A stretch of 62,671 nt of DNA, filler included, from Choristocarpus tenellus KU-1152 (lineage: Eukaryota > Protista > Phaeophyceae): NCBI GenBank assembly GCA_964200185.2. It is 14 parts of 14 records of this genome, joined end to end, with 100 filler letters (N's around TTAATTAATTAA, not from the genome) between each part and the next. Parts side by side here need not be neighbours in the genome. Positions count along the whole stretch, not along the records: positions 24,469 to 31,209 come from CAXNAD020007457.1; positions 31,310 to 35,164 come from CAXNAD020017551.1; positions 35,265 to 40,176 come from CAXNAD020012560.1; 11 more parts are not named here. The stretch is one strand, 5' to 3'. The position numbers and the translations under genes are program-made. The number at the start of each line of letters is the position of its first letter. The stretch's first letter is position 1. The notes under the pieces are model-generated. The model was not told the DNA's origin. It saw only the letters and a list, made by a program, of their open reading frames with translations, and made no database searches. This document shows, in pieces, positions 24,898-38,300 of the stretch.

Positions 24898-25895
24898 GTG
24901 GCTGTGGAGGATTTTGGTGGTGTGTGGAGCATGTTTCATTTGCTACCTTTTTTTTTAAGAATGGATTTTATTTTTAATCATTTGGGAGTGTTAGTCTTCT
25001 GCTACACTACTGCAGCTGCTGCTGTGTCTTAAGGTTGAAGGACTACACTTGGTTCATTCTTTTAACTTCATATGCCAGGAATGGATGTGGAAGTTATTTC
25101 CTGACAAATCATAATGTCAACCAACAAAATGTCTATCTCCAGTGAAAACAGTGGAATGGTTTTTGAGGAACAGACTCCTTCTGGAAGTCACCAGGGGCTA
25201 TCTAGGCATAGTAGGGCACTTTTCCATTGAAGTAGTGATCCTGTATGCTACACATACACACAACATGTGCAAGTCCGGAGTATAACATTCCAAGTATTAG
25301 AAATGGATGCATCATATGTCGTACAAACATTCCTAGCCCCAGGTGCCACCATTTGAAATTTGTGACCTTCTCCCTCTCATGTAAATCCAATAGGGGCATC
25401 ACTAAAAGTATGCATGTAGGAAGACACTCAAATCTTGAAAATCATTAGGCTAATTTATTTGGGTAGTGAAATTCTAATTTTTCATGTGCCATGATTTGAG
25501 GCCATATTATGTTGAATTGCTCAGTATCACAGACATAGACTTGTTTGTTCGACTGACAAGGGGATGAACATGTGGGCATCTATCTGCCCGCCAATTCAAA
25601 CCTATTATTCGATTTATAAGGTGCTTATGAGTGGTTCGTTTAAAGTGAACGCCCAATTATGGTGGGATACACTAAACGGTTGTATATAATCATGGTGCCC
25701 CATTGAGGAAACATTTCTGCATCCATGCATGCTGTACACGATTTACTTGTGGAAATGATAAATAGTAATACTATGAATGAGTTCGCTTTAGCCCCTACCC
25801 ACCTCATGAAGCACAGGAGTTCTAATGATGAAATCATGTATGAGGTGCTGCATACTATTCGCTTCATAGTATGTTGCAGTTTTAGTAGAGATGTA

Positions 25896-26069
25896 GGCTC
25901 AACGTATCTGGAGGGGGGTGGCAGCTGCCCATTTGGGGTCAATATTTTCATGTCGCGATTTTTGGGTGATTTGATTCCATACGTTGGATGGATAGTGAAA
26001 GTGTACTTTTCCTTGTTTTGGTTCAAATAGACACCCTGGTGTAGCCCCCCCCCCAAGATACTTTGGGTG
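25896..26069 (+). mobile_element. MITE family B
   Basis: ggctcaacgtatctgg...caagatactttgggtg; 4-bp TSD TGTA. Confidence 0.88.
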
Positions 26070-26589
26070 TGTACTACTACTAGTGGTGGTCAAAAAAGAA
26101 ACAGTGTACGCCTCCTTCCTATGTCCCACTACGCACTACGCTTGGTGCAAAAAAATAGACAATGCCCTAGCCATCCTCAGAGCATGTCATACTTCAACAA
26201 AGGGTAAACAAGACAAGATATGGAGTGTTGGAAGGCACACACAAACAAACTCGCCGCGATGAGAAGAACTGGTTAATAATGTAGACAAGAGTGTAACCGA
26301 CAGACATGAACTGTACATAGACTCTTCTCAAAATATGTAGATGATGAGGTATCCTGTCTTCGAGGGTCTTTTTTTATTTATTTTTTCGTATTTTGGACTT
26401 TTTGAACCTTCTGCCTGACACCCCATTCCCATACCTGAACTATAGGTAACCCACCTTAGAAACATGTGCCTGTAGAAGAGGGCACAAATTTTCATCCGCA
26501 GAAGCACAAAAGCGCCCTCCCAAGTGCTAGAAGACCATCTACCAGAAGGCATTCAAAAACCCCGTAATACTGTCACCTCTCCTCCTGTC

Positions 26590-26642
26590 TAAGATAGCAC
26601 AACGTAATGTTTGCTTAAGATAGCACAACGTAATGTTTGCTT
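26590..26642. repeat. 26-bp perfect tandem duplication (TAAGATAGCACAACGTAATGTTTGCT) x2
   Basis: Direct reading. Confidence 0.9.
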
Positions 26643-26759
26643 TCTTCGTATTGCTGATGTTATGTAGTAATACGGTAATTGTCTCCGAATCTCACCTAGA
26701 AAGTTCTTTAACTCCTTCAATCCATCATCCGTTGTCATCATTATTCTCCTTACGATATT

Positions 26760-26800
26760 ATTATGACATATCTGCAAAATGTCAAAGGGCATAATAATAA
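26760..26800 (+). mobile_element. Isolated CRE-type 3' tail motif
   Basis: tgacatatctgcaaaatgtcaaagggcataataataa. Confidence 0.7.
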
Positions 26801-27554
26801 AAATATTAATATTATTAGGTAACGCCATCACCGTTCAGAACAATAATGATAATCGTGACTAAGGTGTACTCCCTAAAAATATTTCATCAACCATGACAAA
26901 GGACACACTCGGTCAAATGATATCCTCCTATAGGACAAATTAAAGTGGGGTGTACGGTCTCCGTCGGGTTCCTCGTGAAGAGTAGATAGAGCCTGTTGTA
27001 CACGTCAATGCCACCAATCCGTCAACCACAACCCTGGTGAAGGTCAAAATCGAGAGGCCTTGCATGCCATACAATCTGATGGACGAACACGGCTTGCTGC
27101 GACGTAATGCCACCTACTATGGCAACAATACGAATTCTTCCCTAAGTAATTTAGGTCAAATCTTTCAAAACGAGTGTGCCCACCCATCACCATCTTTAAG
27201 TAACTCAAAAACATGTTTTGGAGAACACATGACGACTGGTTGTACCTCTCATACTTGCTTAAGCGATCGTGTTTTAGAGTGCGTAGAAAAATCGAGTCCT
27301 CCCCTGTTTCTTACCCCTACTCACTGATTTCTTGTTCTGAATGTCGATGCTGTATTTGCAGGTCCACCCATGGTGTCCACGTGTATCCCATTACCTATTA
27401 TCAACACCCTTGCTGGGACAACATCGTCGTACCTCCTATCCACAGCCCTCTTGAATCCCTTAAAACTCATAGGACTTATGATCGTAATACCATCAAGTCA
27501 TCACAAAAGATTCTTGAAATGCATCTTCACTAAGAACCAAACCATTGAGAAGTA

Positions 27555-27790
27555 AGCAGGTTTGGAACATTTTGCATTCTAAGCCATCTTTCTTACCTGT
27601 ACAATACACTCTACTCCATTGCTTTGTACAAATAGTTGACGCATGTTAATATTCCCCCTGTCCACACACAAAGTGACACCACAATTCAGCAAAAGGCTCT
27701 TTCTGCCATTATACAATTTGGCATATTTTTGCCCTTTCTCGACATCCTTTAAAATGCAACCCTACCTACCTCTCAATTGGTTTGGCTCTA
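27555..27790 (+). repeat. Dispersed repeat (decayed TE, Cys-rich on - strand) homologous to 34008-34106 + 34370-34510
   Basis: Colinear identity, e.g. cacaaagtgacaccaca..tcagcaa and tgcaaccct.cctacctctca.ttggtttg. Confidence 0.75.
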
Positions 27791-28270
27791 GCCCTTGAAA
27801 CTCCGCACAGTAGAGAAGCTCTCTTCCACAGTATCTCTATCATCACCATTTGCACCACTAATTGCATCAAGCTCTTAACCTGCAACGCTAGCAAGTAAAC
27901 CCTCATAATCAACATCTCAAGGGGGCTGAATTACGACTCCAGTCAGCAGTGCAGTTCGAGTCCTTATTGCACCTGTACCACTGAGTTGAGGGTTGTCAAG
28001 GGCAAGTTTCTGACACCTACGCTGCTCAAGTCATTCATTCCTAGTATCAATACGTGTTCGAGGATTATGACTAGCACCAGAAAGGCATCCAGATTCTTCA
28101 TGGCCACGGTCAGTACAAATGCCACATCTAGAGACATCTGAACCCTGTCCCGAACCGGTATCTATTAACCTGTCTCCTCGTTCTGTCTCTTGTTTTCGTG
28201 GTGCTACAACACATAGGTGGAAAATCCCTGATCCTGATCACATAAAATTGCGATAACCGAAAATAGATAT

Positions 28271-28731
28271 GAGTCGAAGCATCCTACAGGGGGGCTAGGC
28301 TTTATCCTATTTGGATCATCAAGGCTTTTCTCCCTAACAGCAACGATTCATAATTCGTGCCATGAAATTAATTTTATTTTCTCCAATTTTTCCAACACTA
28401 AACACAAACGGATAAGAGAGGGCGATAAAATTAGGAAAAATCGCGAAGTTCGGAAAATGTATAGATGAAATTAGTACTACCATTAACAACAGGTCTAAGG
28501 CCTTTTCAACCTTGTGCACGACCCCTCACTGTTTCTATGCTGAAGATGCATATACGTTCTGTCTGGTTGCTGTGACTGTAGGACGTGAGACCCTCTACAT
28601 AACAAAAGTAAGATATATCATCGTGGGTTTGAGAGTGGTGGTAAGTTCAAATGTGATCGAAAAGACAAAAAGAAGTCTCTACCAGAAATCCCTTTGATTA
28701 ATCCATACCCCCTTCTAACATGCTTCGACTG
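28271..28731 (+). mobile_element. MITE family E (~460 bp)
   Basis: Imperfect 24-bp TIR gagtcgaagcatcctacagggggg / cccccttctaacatgcttcgactg; TSD not clear; single copy. Confidence 0.6.
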
Positions 28732-28911
28732 TGTACTACATGAAAAGTCTAAAGTCGATCGGGTTCTAACCTTCAAAGTATTGTTCAAGGAACATCATCC
28801 TTAAGAACCACTGAGCCATGAGGATGCTCACATAGCACAGACGTAATAATGTGTTATTGTCCATGAATGCCAGCATCATACAGCTACTACTGTACAATAT
28901 GTACATAGAAA

Positions 28912-29178
28912 GAGTCGAAGTAAACGAAAGGTACTCAGGGTTTGGTCGTTATTTTATTTTAAGTCAGTTATTTCATCTTTGGCAATTCACCGATATTTCG
29001 ATGGATGAAGTGCGAAGTTTAACTTGAGAATGTTGATTCCTCTCTCTATTGCTTGAAAAAAATTGACGCAATTCAGAAATATCCTATATTCATTCGTGAA
29101 AATAAACGAATTTTCCACATATTTGTCAGAATTCTTTAAATCCAACTAACTCTGAGTGTTTCTCGTTTACTTTGAATC
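28912..29178 (+). mobile_element. MITE family D
   Basis: gagtcgaagtaaacgaaag / ttctcgtttactttgaatc; 3-bp TSD AAA. Confidence 0.8.
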
Positions 29179-29979
29179 AAAAGTACTCCAGGATCAGTTT
29201 TCTTGTGTGGTTTCCTACTCGTAATTGCGCAACTACAAAAAGTCCTTCCTTGTGGACACGGGGTGGGACAGTCTCATGGCACCTTCGTGAAAACGGAGGA
29301 TCTCGTCCACAGGGTCAGTTTCACGTATGGGGGGCGATCAACTACCAAAGGTATTTTGATTGGTGTTAGTTTGGATAAGAACTACTTGCCATATATGGAA
29401 AACTGGAAACAGGGTCCACAGGAGCAGCAGCGTTGACTCATAAGCATGTGTCCGCAAGACGATCTCTGGAGCAATAATAATTTGTAAATAAACTGGAATC
29501 ATGGTTTAGAGTTTGGAGTACAAGGGCAGAAGATCGACAAAGTAGGTGGAACACATTATAAATGAAATGTGGTAGTTGGTGAAGCCAGGTACTTTGTGCT
29601 TGAACACTTAGTATCAGCCAAAGTAGCCGTGATAGTTGACGAAGATACAGACATCATGCTAACAATAACAACAACCATTAAAAGTAATCCATCCAAAAAA
29701 ACAGATCAGGGCACATACATGTATGCGCACTCAATTATATAATTACCACTACCACCACTACCTTGTAACCTTGTAAATTTTGATTCTCTATTTTTTTGTG
29801 TCTCGATTTCTTAGCAATACTCGAGCATATTAATAACAAATGTTTTTTCCCAGTATATATGTGGTCATGATTGATCGGTGCTCGGATGGATGGAGCGATC
29901 TCCTTGCTTCTTTCTTCTGTAGGACCTTGGCAACGGTGGTGTCAACAATGCCCTGCCCTACCTATCGGGGAGTACTACT

Positions 29980-30337
29980 GGCTCAAAGTTTCTGGAGGGG
30001 GGTGGCAGCTGTCCATTTGGGGCCATTTTTCATGTCGCGAATTTTGGGTGATTTGATTCCATACGTGGATGGATAATGAAATCTACGTTTCCTTGTTTTG
30101 GTTCAAATGGACACCCTGGTGTACCCCCCCCCCCCCCCCCCCCCCCAAGAAATTTGGGGTGGGAAGGTTGGGGGGGTCCTGGGGTGGGGGGTTTGGGGTT
30201 GTGGGGGGGGGGTGGGGGGNNNNNNNNNNTTTTTTTCTTTACGTGTGGGGGAAAAGAAATTGTTTTTTTTTTTTTTTTTTTTAATGGGCCCCCCCGGGTC
30301 CCCCCCCCCCCCCCCCCCCCCCAAGATACTTTGGGTC
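29980..30337 (+). mobile_element. MITE family B with poorly assembled poly-G/C and N gap
   Basis: ggctcaaagtttctgg ... ccaagatactttgggtc. Confidence 0.75.
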
Positions 30338-30365
30338 AGTAAGATTGAGGAGTGTCTGGGTTGAT

Positions 30366-30546
30366 GGCTTAGAGTATCTGGGGGGTGGATGGCGGCTCTC
30401 CATTTGGGGCCAATTTTTCATGTCGCGATTTTTGAGTGATTTGATTGCATACGTCGGATGGACAATGTAAGTGCACTTTTCCTGGTTTTGGTCCAAAATG
30501 GACACCCTCCTGTAGAGCCCCCCTCCCCCCCTAGATACTTTGGATC
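30366..30546 (+). mobile_element. MITE family B
   Basis: ggcttagagtatctggggg...ctagatactttggatc; TSD degenerate. Confidence 0.85.
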
Positions 30547-30758
30547 CTATCTGCCTTGACTACCCCTTCTATATAGAGTTCTCTTTTTCCTTTTCTTCCT
30601 TCATTTCGTGTTTATTTCCGACCAGAGAGTGCATTTATGTTTGTTGCCTCTCCTGTAGATATCTGTTGATCAAGCACGGTTTGGTTTTTAGTGGTTTGGG
30701 ACCCTAGCCTTAGCTCAATCAATGCGAGAAATAGTATTATTATTACATTATTACCACT

Positions 30759-31007
30759 GAGTCAAAGCAAACGAGAGGTACCAAGAGTTGCATTTTGAGG
30801 ATGCTGACAAATATGTCCACAATTTGGCATTTATAAAAAATGTGTGAGGATATTTTCTGAATTGTATCAGAAATGTTTCAAACAATAGAGGAACAATCGC
30901 TCTCTAGTGAAAGAACTTCATCTAGAGAAGTACAGGTGATTTGCAAAAGATTTTAAACAAAGTTGAAAACGACCAAAACCTAGGTAACGTCTTATTTACT
31001 TTGGTTC
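30759..31007 (-). mobile_element. MITE family D
   Basis: gagtcaaagcaaacgagagg / cttatttactttggttc; 3-bp TSD ACT. Confidence 0.8.
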
Positions 31008-31124
31008 ACTGTACTACCCAGTACTAATAGTAGTCGTAGAAACTAACACCACCATTCAGAACACCACCCCAGGCTATACCTTTAACAAAAATTGCATCTC
31101 ACAGCCCCCAACTACACACGCACT

Positions 31125-31209
31125 GGCTCAAAGTATCGGGGGGATGGTGGCGGCTATCTATTTGGGGTCAAATTTTTCATGTTGCGATTTTTGGGTGATT
31201 TGGTTGCAT
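31125..31209 (+). mobile_element. MITE family B 5' half (contig end); another B/C-type end at 31310-31327
   Basis: ggctcaaagtatcgggggg..ggcggctatctatttgggg. Confidence 0.85.
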
Positions 31210-31612
31210 NNNNNNNNNNNNNNNNNNNNNNNNNNNNNNNNNNNNNNNNNNNNTTAATTAATTAANNNNNNNNNNNNNNNNNNNNNNNNNNNNNNNNNNN
31301 NNNNNNNNNCCCCAGATACTTTGGCCCAAGTGTGGCACTGTCATGTATTTGACTATCTCCCTGTATGCATATATATATATATATTACACCCTGAGTACAT
31401 AAAAGGTAATCTTGAGAATATATATTATCCAGAGGTGTGTACCAAACGTTTGACCAAGTAGTAGACATGAAACTGCACTGCCCTTGCACAAACAAGAAGA
31501 AGGATTGCGAATTATGAAATATACTTCACAATCTACACCAATACAATTCCTCGTCCTTCGAGGGAAACACTTCCTAGGAGAGGCGGAGGCAGGTACATAA
31601 AGACCACACTCA

Positions 31613-33476
31613 CAGCATTTGGCACCTATAGTCCCACGAATTACCGCAGCCCCCATCCAAGGCGCTCACAACAAGGATCGCTGGAACCTCATTTTCGTTC
31701 AAGGATCCCGATTGCTCCCTTTCGAGGTATGAATCTGCCCTGAGTACATGCACCTTTACCAGAGGCGACATAGAGGAAGGAAAATAAGAATAAGGTCGAC
31801 TGTGCAACTATTGAAAATAGTCCACTCACACTTTGGAAGAAGGTTTGACGTGAATATATGCCAAAAAGTGTTCCGAAGTAGATAGGTAATAGAGAGTATT
31901 ATTGTGGGACCTTGCTGGGGAGAGACGTGGGATACTAAAAAGTCACATACTATATTGGAAGGTGTGCAAGTTGGTGGAATAATCACTTCCCGCGAGTTCT
32001 ACCACAGTAGCTTCCATTGAAGTGATTGTGGCAATTGGGGTCCTATATTCAGCCTCACATGTGCCAGTCAATCAGGTTAAGTACCAACAACAACTGATTT
32101 TGAGCTTAGAATATGCATCAATGCTTATATTTTGGTAGCAGCGAGGTTGAATGAACTTAATGGATTAGGTTAGGCAGGGGTAGAGATCCACAAGTTTCCA
32201 ACAGGAAATCAATGAGAGAATAAAAAGGAAAGAATAGATGACATTCTATTTCTGGCAACCTTTTATCAACCCACAACAACAGATTGGAAATACACCAAGT
32301 ATATACCAAGCGAAGGATTAATGTTTGTTTGGTATGAAGTTGACCTAGGCATGAGCAAATTTCAATCTTAGAATAAAGAGGAATACTGAGCAGAGGTAAG
32401 CCTTGATAAGTTGCGTGCAACTACCTCCCTGGGACACTGACAGGAAACATCTTAAAGCTATGCAGGAAACGCAAGTCATATACACGCACATTGGCCCAAG
32501 GAAACACTGAAGGAAACAGATCCTGTAGAAAACCCTCTAAATAAGCGCTGGCAGGGCTTAAGACCACCGTCACTGTCCCAACATGAGCTGGGGAGATGGC
32601 ATGCCCATGTAATGCGGTGACTGCATCCATGGTGTGGACTGCAGATGTGGTAGTGGCAATGGTTGCAGTCCTTGTCCACTCTATGTCATTGCCCCCTTTT
32701 ATAGTATCCATAGCAGAATCATTTGTCTGTGTTGCCTGGGAATCTAATCTCAGTGCATGTCGACGCTGCTGCACAAGCCAAGACAGGTAGCTTCCGTACC
32801 TTTTGAGGTATCGGCGGTTTAAGAGGAGCAACTGGAGGTTTGAATGCAATGAAGTGCATGCTACCCAATATAATAGCTGGAAGGGTCTCAAGGGGGGGGT
32901 GTTTCTTTCTTGGCTAAGGTACACAAAGTAAGTTGTTGTGCAGTGTCCTATTCGACTTCTTGTCAGAATACAGCGGTGAATAGCTTGGATCAGTGATACA
33001 TTTTTTTGTTGTACAACGTCCAATTTTTTGTTAGGGTGGATAGGAGGCAGAGTGAGGCATTGCCCCATATAGCAACACAAGCGATACAGAGCAGAGCTTA
33101 CTCATGCAATGCACTCTATAATCGAGTCAATGTGTTCTGCCTTGCAACACAAATATACTGGGTTACCTCATCCATACACTCTCGTGTGATTTAGGCAACA
33201 AGCCAGAAAACTTGACAGAGGCGAAATAACCGGAAAAATTGTTTCAAGGGATGAGCAAGATAAGGAGAACAGAACACCTACAGATAAATCACACATGCAC
33301 TAGTTACACACAATACCGCCAAAATCCATTGCACTTCAAGTATTATAACTACTTCCTGGGAAGTACAGTGTGATGTCATCAAATCACCTGGAAATGAACC
33401 TTGGTAAACTGAATTCTTTCATAGCCTGTTTGATTGCTTCCTCTTCTTGTCTTCCCTTGATGTCTACGTGGTGTCC
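31613..33476 (-). CDS. Putative exons of an unknown multi-exon gene
   Basis: 219-aa ORF 32421-33080 plus splice-bounded segments (GHHVDIKGRQEEEAIKQAMKEFSLPRFIS; VHVLRADSYLE..WDYRCQM); no recognised domain. Confidence 0.35.
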
Positions 33477-33720
33477 CTGTTATGAGTTGACATTGGATGG
33501 CCCATCCTTGTCATTAGGAAGGCTATATTAGGGTAATACTTCAAGAAAATGTGGAGGGGGGGGGGTATATGACTACCTTCTCTTGGTGTTGAAATATCAT
33601 GCCCAGAACTCTTGCATCACTGCAACCTTGGCAAAGACACAACTCATTGCAATCCATGCTAACACAGTAAGTACCTATCACTATATTGTTTGTTACTAGT
33701 ACTGAGTCAAGGAATTGAGA

Positions 33721-34000
33721 GGCCAATAGTATCCTAGTGGGGAGGTCAGGCACCCATTTGGGGCCTTTGTGACCTTGGAGTGATTTTCGTGTCACTCAAG
33801 TAAACATGTCAAATGTAAGGGCAATTTCCTTCATCTGGATACGCCTTACATTTCCATCTCCCCACCTGGACCAAATCTGGAGGAAAACCATCCGCAAAAC
33901 GGGCATCAAATTGGCGTGGTTTATAACACCCCATCAAATCAAGTCCTGAATGGGTAATCTGCCTAAACCCCCCCCCCCACTCTCTAGGATACTATGGGCC
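33721..34000 (-). mobile_element. MITE family G
   Basis: ggccaatagtatcctagtgggg / ctctaggatactatgggcc; body matches 7310-7578. Confidence 0.8.
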
Positions 34001-34106
34001 AGCGATAGGCAGGTTTGGGTCCTTTTGCATTCCAAGCCATCATCTTACCCTGCCAAATAACTCTATTTCATTGCTTTATGTGCACAATAGTGTCGACAAA
34101 AGTGAT

Positions 34107-34365
34107 GAGTCAAAGTATCTTAGAGGGTAGAGCCGTGTCCGTTGGAGGGCCAAAATCCAATGTTGCGATTTTGATGTAATTTTGGCTATTGCATTTGTTA
34201 GAAAGGGTCAATATCCTTGTTCCGAATACACCTTTTCATAACGTATACATTTTACCCACTCCGAAACATTTCGGAGTAGGATAATGTCATAAAAAAACCT
34301 GTGGGAAGCCCAGCCTCAAATAGACAAACAGGGCAAAACTCGTACCCTCTAAGATACTTTCACTC
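34107..34365 (-). mobile_element. MITE family A
   Basis: 23-bp TIR gagtcaaagtatcttagagggta / taccctctaagatactttcactc; 4-bp TSD TGAT. Confidence 0.95.
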
Positions 34366-34578
34366 TGATGTTCCCCATTTACATACACAAAGTGACACCA
34401 CATTTCAGCAAGCTCTTTCTGCAATTAATTGTACAAAATGGCATATTTTTCCGTTTCTTGGGATGCTTAAAGTGCAACCCTGCCTACCTCTCAGTTGGTT
34501 TGATTCACTCCAGAGTACGTTATTATATTCGCATTTGTTTCTCCCCAATTATATCTATACCGGAAATCTGAAAGGACA

Positions 34579-34836
34579 GAGCCATAGTATCTTAGAGTGT
34601 AGAGCCGCGCCCATGTAATCCCAAAATCCAATGTTGCGATTTCAATGTAATTTTGGCTATCATGTTTGTTAGGAAGTGTCAATATCCTTGTTCCGGACAC
34701 ACCATTTCATAACGTTTACATTTTATCTACTCCGAAATATTTTGGAGTAGATAAAATGACATAAAATCCCTGAGGGAAGCCAAGCCGCAAATGGACAAAC
34801 AGGGCAAAACTCGTACCCTCTAAGATACTTTCACTC
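34579..34836 (-). mobile_element. MITE family A
   Basis: gagccatagtatcttagagtgta / taccctctaagatactttcactc; 4-bp TSD GACA. Confidence 0.95.
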
Positions 34837-35072
34837 GACAGGGGCATTGAATGTTGTCTGTAATGACCAGGAGGGGTGGGCTTTATGTTTCACAACCAAC
34901 CATAGAGGTGCTTAGAGCATCTAGTTATCTTTGCATCTCTTGGATCTGTACAAAACCTGCACAAAGTACAGCATGGAGCAAAATCAAAACGAACGTTCTC
35001 TCACTTTGATGAGGCGTCAGCCCAAGAAAATCAACAAAGCTTGAAGATCTTATATTTCATGTTTTTAGGAAA

Positions 35073-35164
35073 GGGTCAAAGTATCTGGGGGGGGGGGGGG
35101 GGGGGGAATTGAGGGGGGGGGGAAGTTAAGAAAAAAAATTTTTTTTTTTGAGAAAATAAAAAAA
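35073..35164 (+). mobile_element. MITE (C-type) terminus running into poly-G at contig end
   Basis: gggtcaaagtatctgggggg. Confidence 0.7.
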
Positions 35165-35325
35165 NNNNNNNNNNNNNNNNNNNNNNNNNNNNNNNNNNNN
35201 NNNNNNNNTTAATTAATTAANNNNNNNNNNNNNNNNNNNNNNNNNNNNNNNNNNNNNNNNNNNNCCAACCCCCCCCCCCCCTCCTCTTCCCAATTATATA
35301 TTGATATTACATAATGATATTATAC

Positions 35326-38300
35326 CTTCATTCGGAGGAGGCGATTCCTCTCCTCCATGGTCTGTAGCCTTAAATGAGCACCATGTGCAGCTCGGACCTC
35401 TCTCTTCAGAGTCTGCATAACCTCTGGGAATGACATGCCCTCCACACTCTCCCCATTTATGGCAATCAGTGCATCCCCCACCTTTGTTGTCAGAGAGGTG
35501 GGGTGGGGGTGGGGGCGGGGCAGAGGCAGGGTCCCATGGAATGGAATAGGCATTAGGAAGAGTCTTAAATTTGCTTCTCCACATCATAAGGGGCAATGCT
35601 CAACACAGGGGGCCAATTCACCAAGTTATAGTAAGGTCCAGTCTTGTATCTATGTTTGTGACAGCGCAGGGTATCTCATGATATTAATAGCATATATTGT
35701 AATATTCACATAGGTGTAACTGTCAACTCCATACAAGCAGTCGATTTTGGATAAAGACTGAAACTGAAACTGTAATCAAAACTGAAACAAAACAAAATAA
35801 ACCAAAAAAATAAAACCGAGTTCCCCTGAAGAGTGAAATCCTCACAAGAGGATTATACTTCCTCTGATTGGTGCAAGTATAAACAAAACAAAAAAATATG
35901 ACATGGAGAGTGTATAATTAAATTACAAATATTACAAACACGTGAGCACCAATAAATATCAAATCCATTCATCCACCCATCATCGACTCACTCACCCACC
36001 CTACTCCAAAACCCTCTTAATTCTCAGCACTCCTCAAAGTTACTCACCAATATGACTACCAGTATGACTAGGCACGATTACTTACAGGACTGCACCCAGT
36101 ATAGTATGACTAAAATACCTGTATGTCCGTGTGCATGAAGGCGTAGCTCTCCTTACGTATCTCCTTCACTACCGCCTGCTTCCGGTACCAGTCTGTCTCC
36201 AGCCAAATACCCACCTCCTAAGATACACCACCATTACATAATCATCATCATCATTGCACACGAACGATCACATTCTTTTCAGCTATGGGGGCAGGGGGCG
36301 GGCAGTTGAACGTATGTGTTGTGTATTTAAAACGGAAAGAAATATAGTATTTAAAAAAATAAAATTCTTATCACCGGAATATATTAGTACTATTTTCAGT
36401 ATCATTATTATTATTATTATTACTATTATTACTACTATTGCTACCATGTAGACAACCTCAAATACTCTATTGTAGGACTATTTCTGGTCTAATGAGGGGT
36501 ATTAAATGTTGTCAAGTACTTAGCATACTGTACAGCAGTGGTCCAACTTTGAAATAACATTTTTTGTTCATTTAAAGTACGATTCTTTGTGGGAAAAAAC
36601 ACCTTCAAAGTTTCACAGCACAATAAAGTTGGGCTCCTCAAAGCAGCACACTCCACAACATCAAACAGCTGCTCACCTCTTTCTCTCCTTGAGGGGCACA
36701 GGATCACTATGCAAAGCCACAGGTTCTACCTTGAACCAATATCCACCTTCCTGAACTACAGAACATTCATAATAGTGATACTTTTCCACTATATAAAAAA
36801 ATATATCTTGACTTCTTCCTTAGGTGCATAGATATAATCGATAATAATAATAAATATATTCAATAGTAAATAATAATAAATGACAATAGGGCTGTGGAAC
36901 AACAACTTCTCCATTACTGCAATTTATCCAACCCTTCAAGAAAACACCAAGACGCTCGACCCCCCCCCCCCCCCACCCCCGCCTAGATACACTCACTTCT
37001 GATGAGGTCTACACTGTCCTCCACAACTGATGCTTGCTGCACCACCCTTTCAAATTCAAACTCAAATTCAAATTCAAAATATGCCATCGCCTCAATGCAA
37101 AAACAAAAACAAAATATACTAAAAGTACACTAAAGGGGTCTTGAGGAGATCAGAGAGTTTATCGCAATGGAAGGTCTTACAAGAGAGGATTTAACAAAAA
37201 AAAAAGCCAATAAAAGTTTTCATAGCTCACATCCATGCAGGGGATCTGTACACCATACTCAGAGGCGGTTCTGGTAGTGATATGCTTGAGGCGTCTGACG
37301 TCTGCCTTCTTGGTCAAACGCAGGGTGTACTCTCCAACCAAGTCGACAGGAAAGGACGCGCTCCGCTGCCAACCGCCTTCCACCTGAGTAGAAAAAAAAA
37401 GAAATTTATCAGTTCTGTATTGTCGTATCCCTAGTGAGTTATGAGAAGAGCCTTTCGCTCGTTGGGAATAGAACACAAAAAAAAGGATACAGTTATTATT
37501 ATTATTATTTAGCAGAAAACAAAAAAAATGAAAATAAAAGATGGCAATGAATGAAGCCACCAGCCAATGACAGATAGCTCGTAGAAAGACGAAAGGCGTA
37601 ATGGCCCACACCACAAGACCAGGTATCTGTAACCTGTTATCCGAAACTGTTTTACAGTTACAGTTACAGTTACAAAAAAGAAAGAAAAGGGTTCAAGAAT
37701 AAAAATACGACAAAAATGTCAATTCTGTGTTGTGGAGTACAGCAACATAAGATAGAGCCAGTGCAGGCTTCAGGACATGCCTTGATTCGAAGTTCCCTCT
37801 CCCCCCCTGTCTGCGGAAGGTGAAACGGCTTCCCCCCCCCAGCAGGAACCTGCAGCACCTTCTTTGATACCCTCCTGCCATTGTCCAAAGTCAACAAGGA
37901 TTGTTGAAAGAAGAAAGTTCAGGAATAACAAGACTAGAGATCGTGAGGAAGAGGAGGTTTCTTACACAGCACCAGAGCATTGGTGCAAGACAAACCTTTG
38001 AAACACCGTAAGACCTGTTTATTTCTATTATAAAAATTAAATTAAATTGGAATCAAGCAAAGGGTCAAAAACAAATTGTTACTGAAATACTATTTCCAAG
38101 TACTATGCTGTAGTATCATCCGTATGTACTGAACACACTGGAAGTGGTACTAATGTAGAACTGATGTATTAATAGTATTGACATGGTACTAATGTATTAA
38201 TTGTACTTATGCAGTGCTGATGTAAAGCTTGCAAGGAAGGGCAAGGGCAAGGGCAAGGGCAGGGGCAAGGGGGGGACCACGCTTGCACCACATCCACCCT

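Noticed and set aside
29200-29440. HVWGAI motif suggesting a Tc1 transposase relic
   Set aside because: Single short motif without other DDE context
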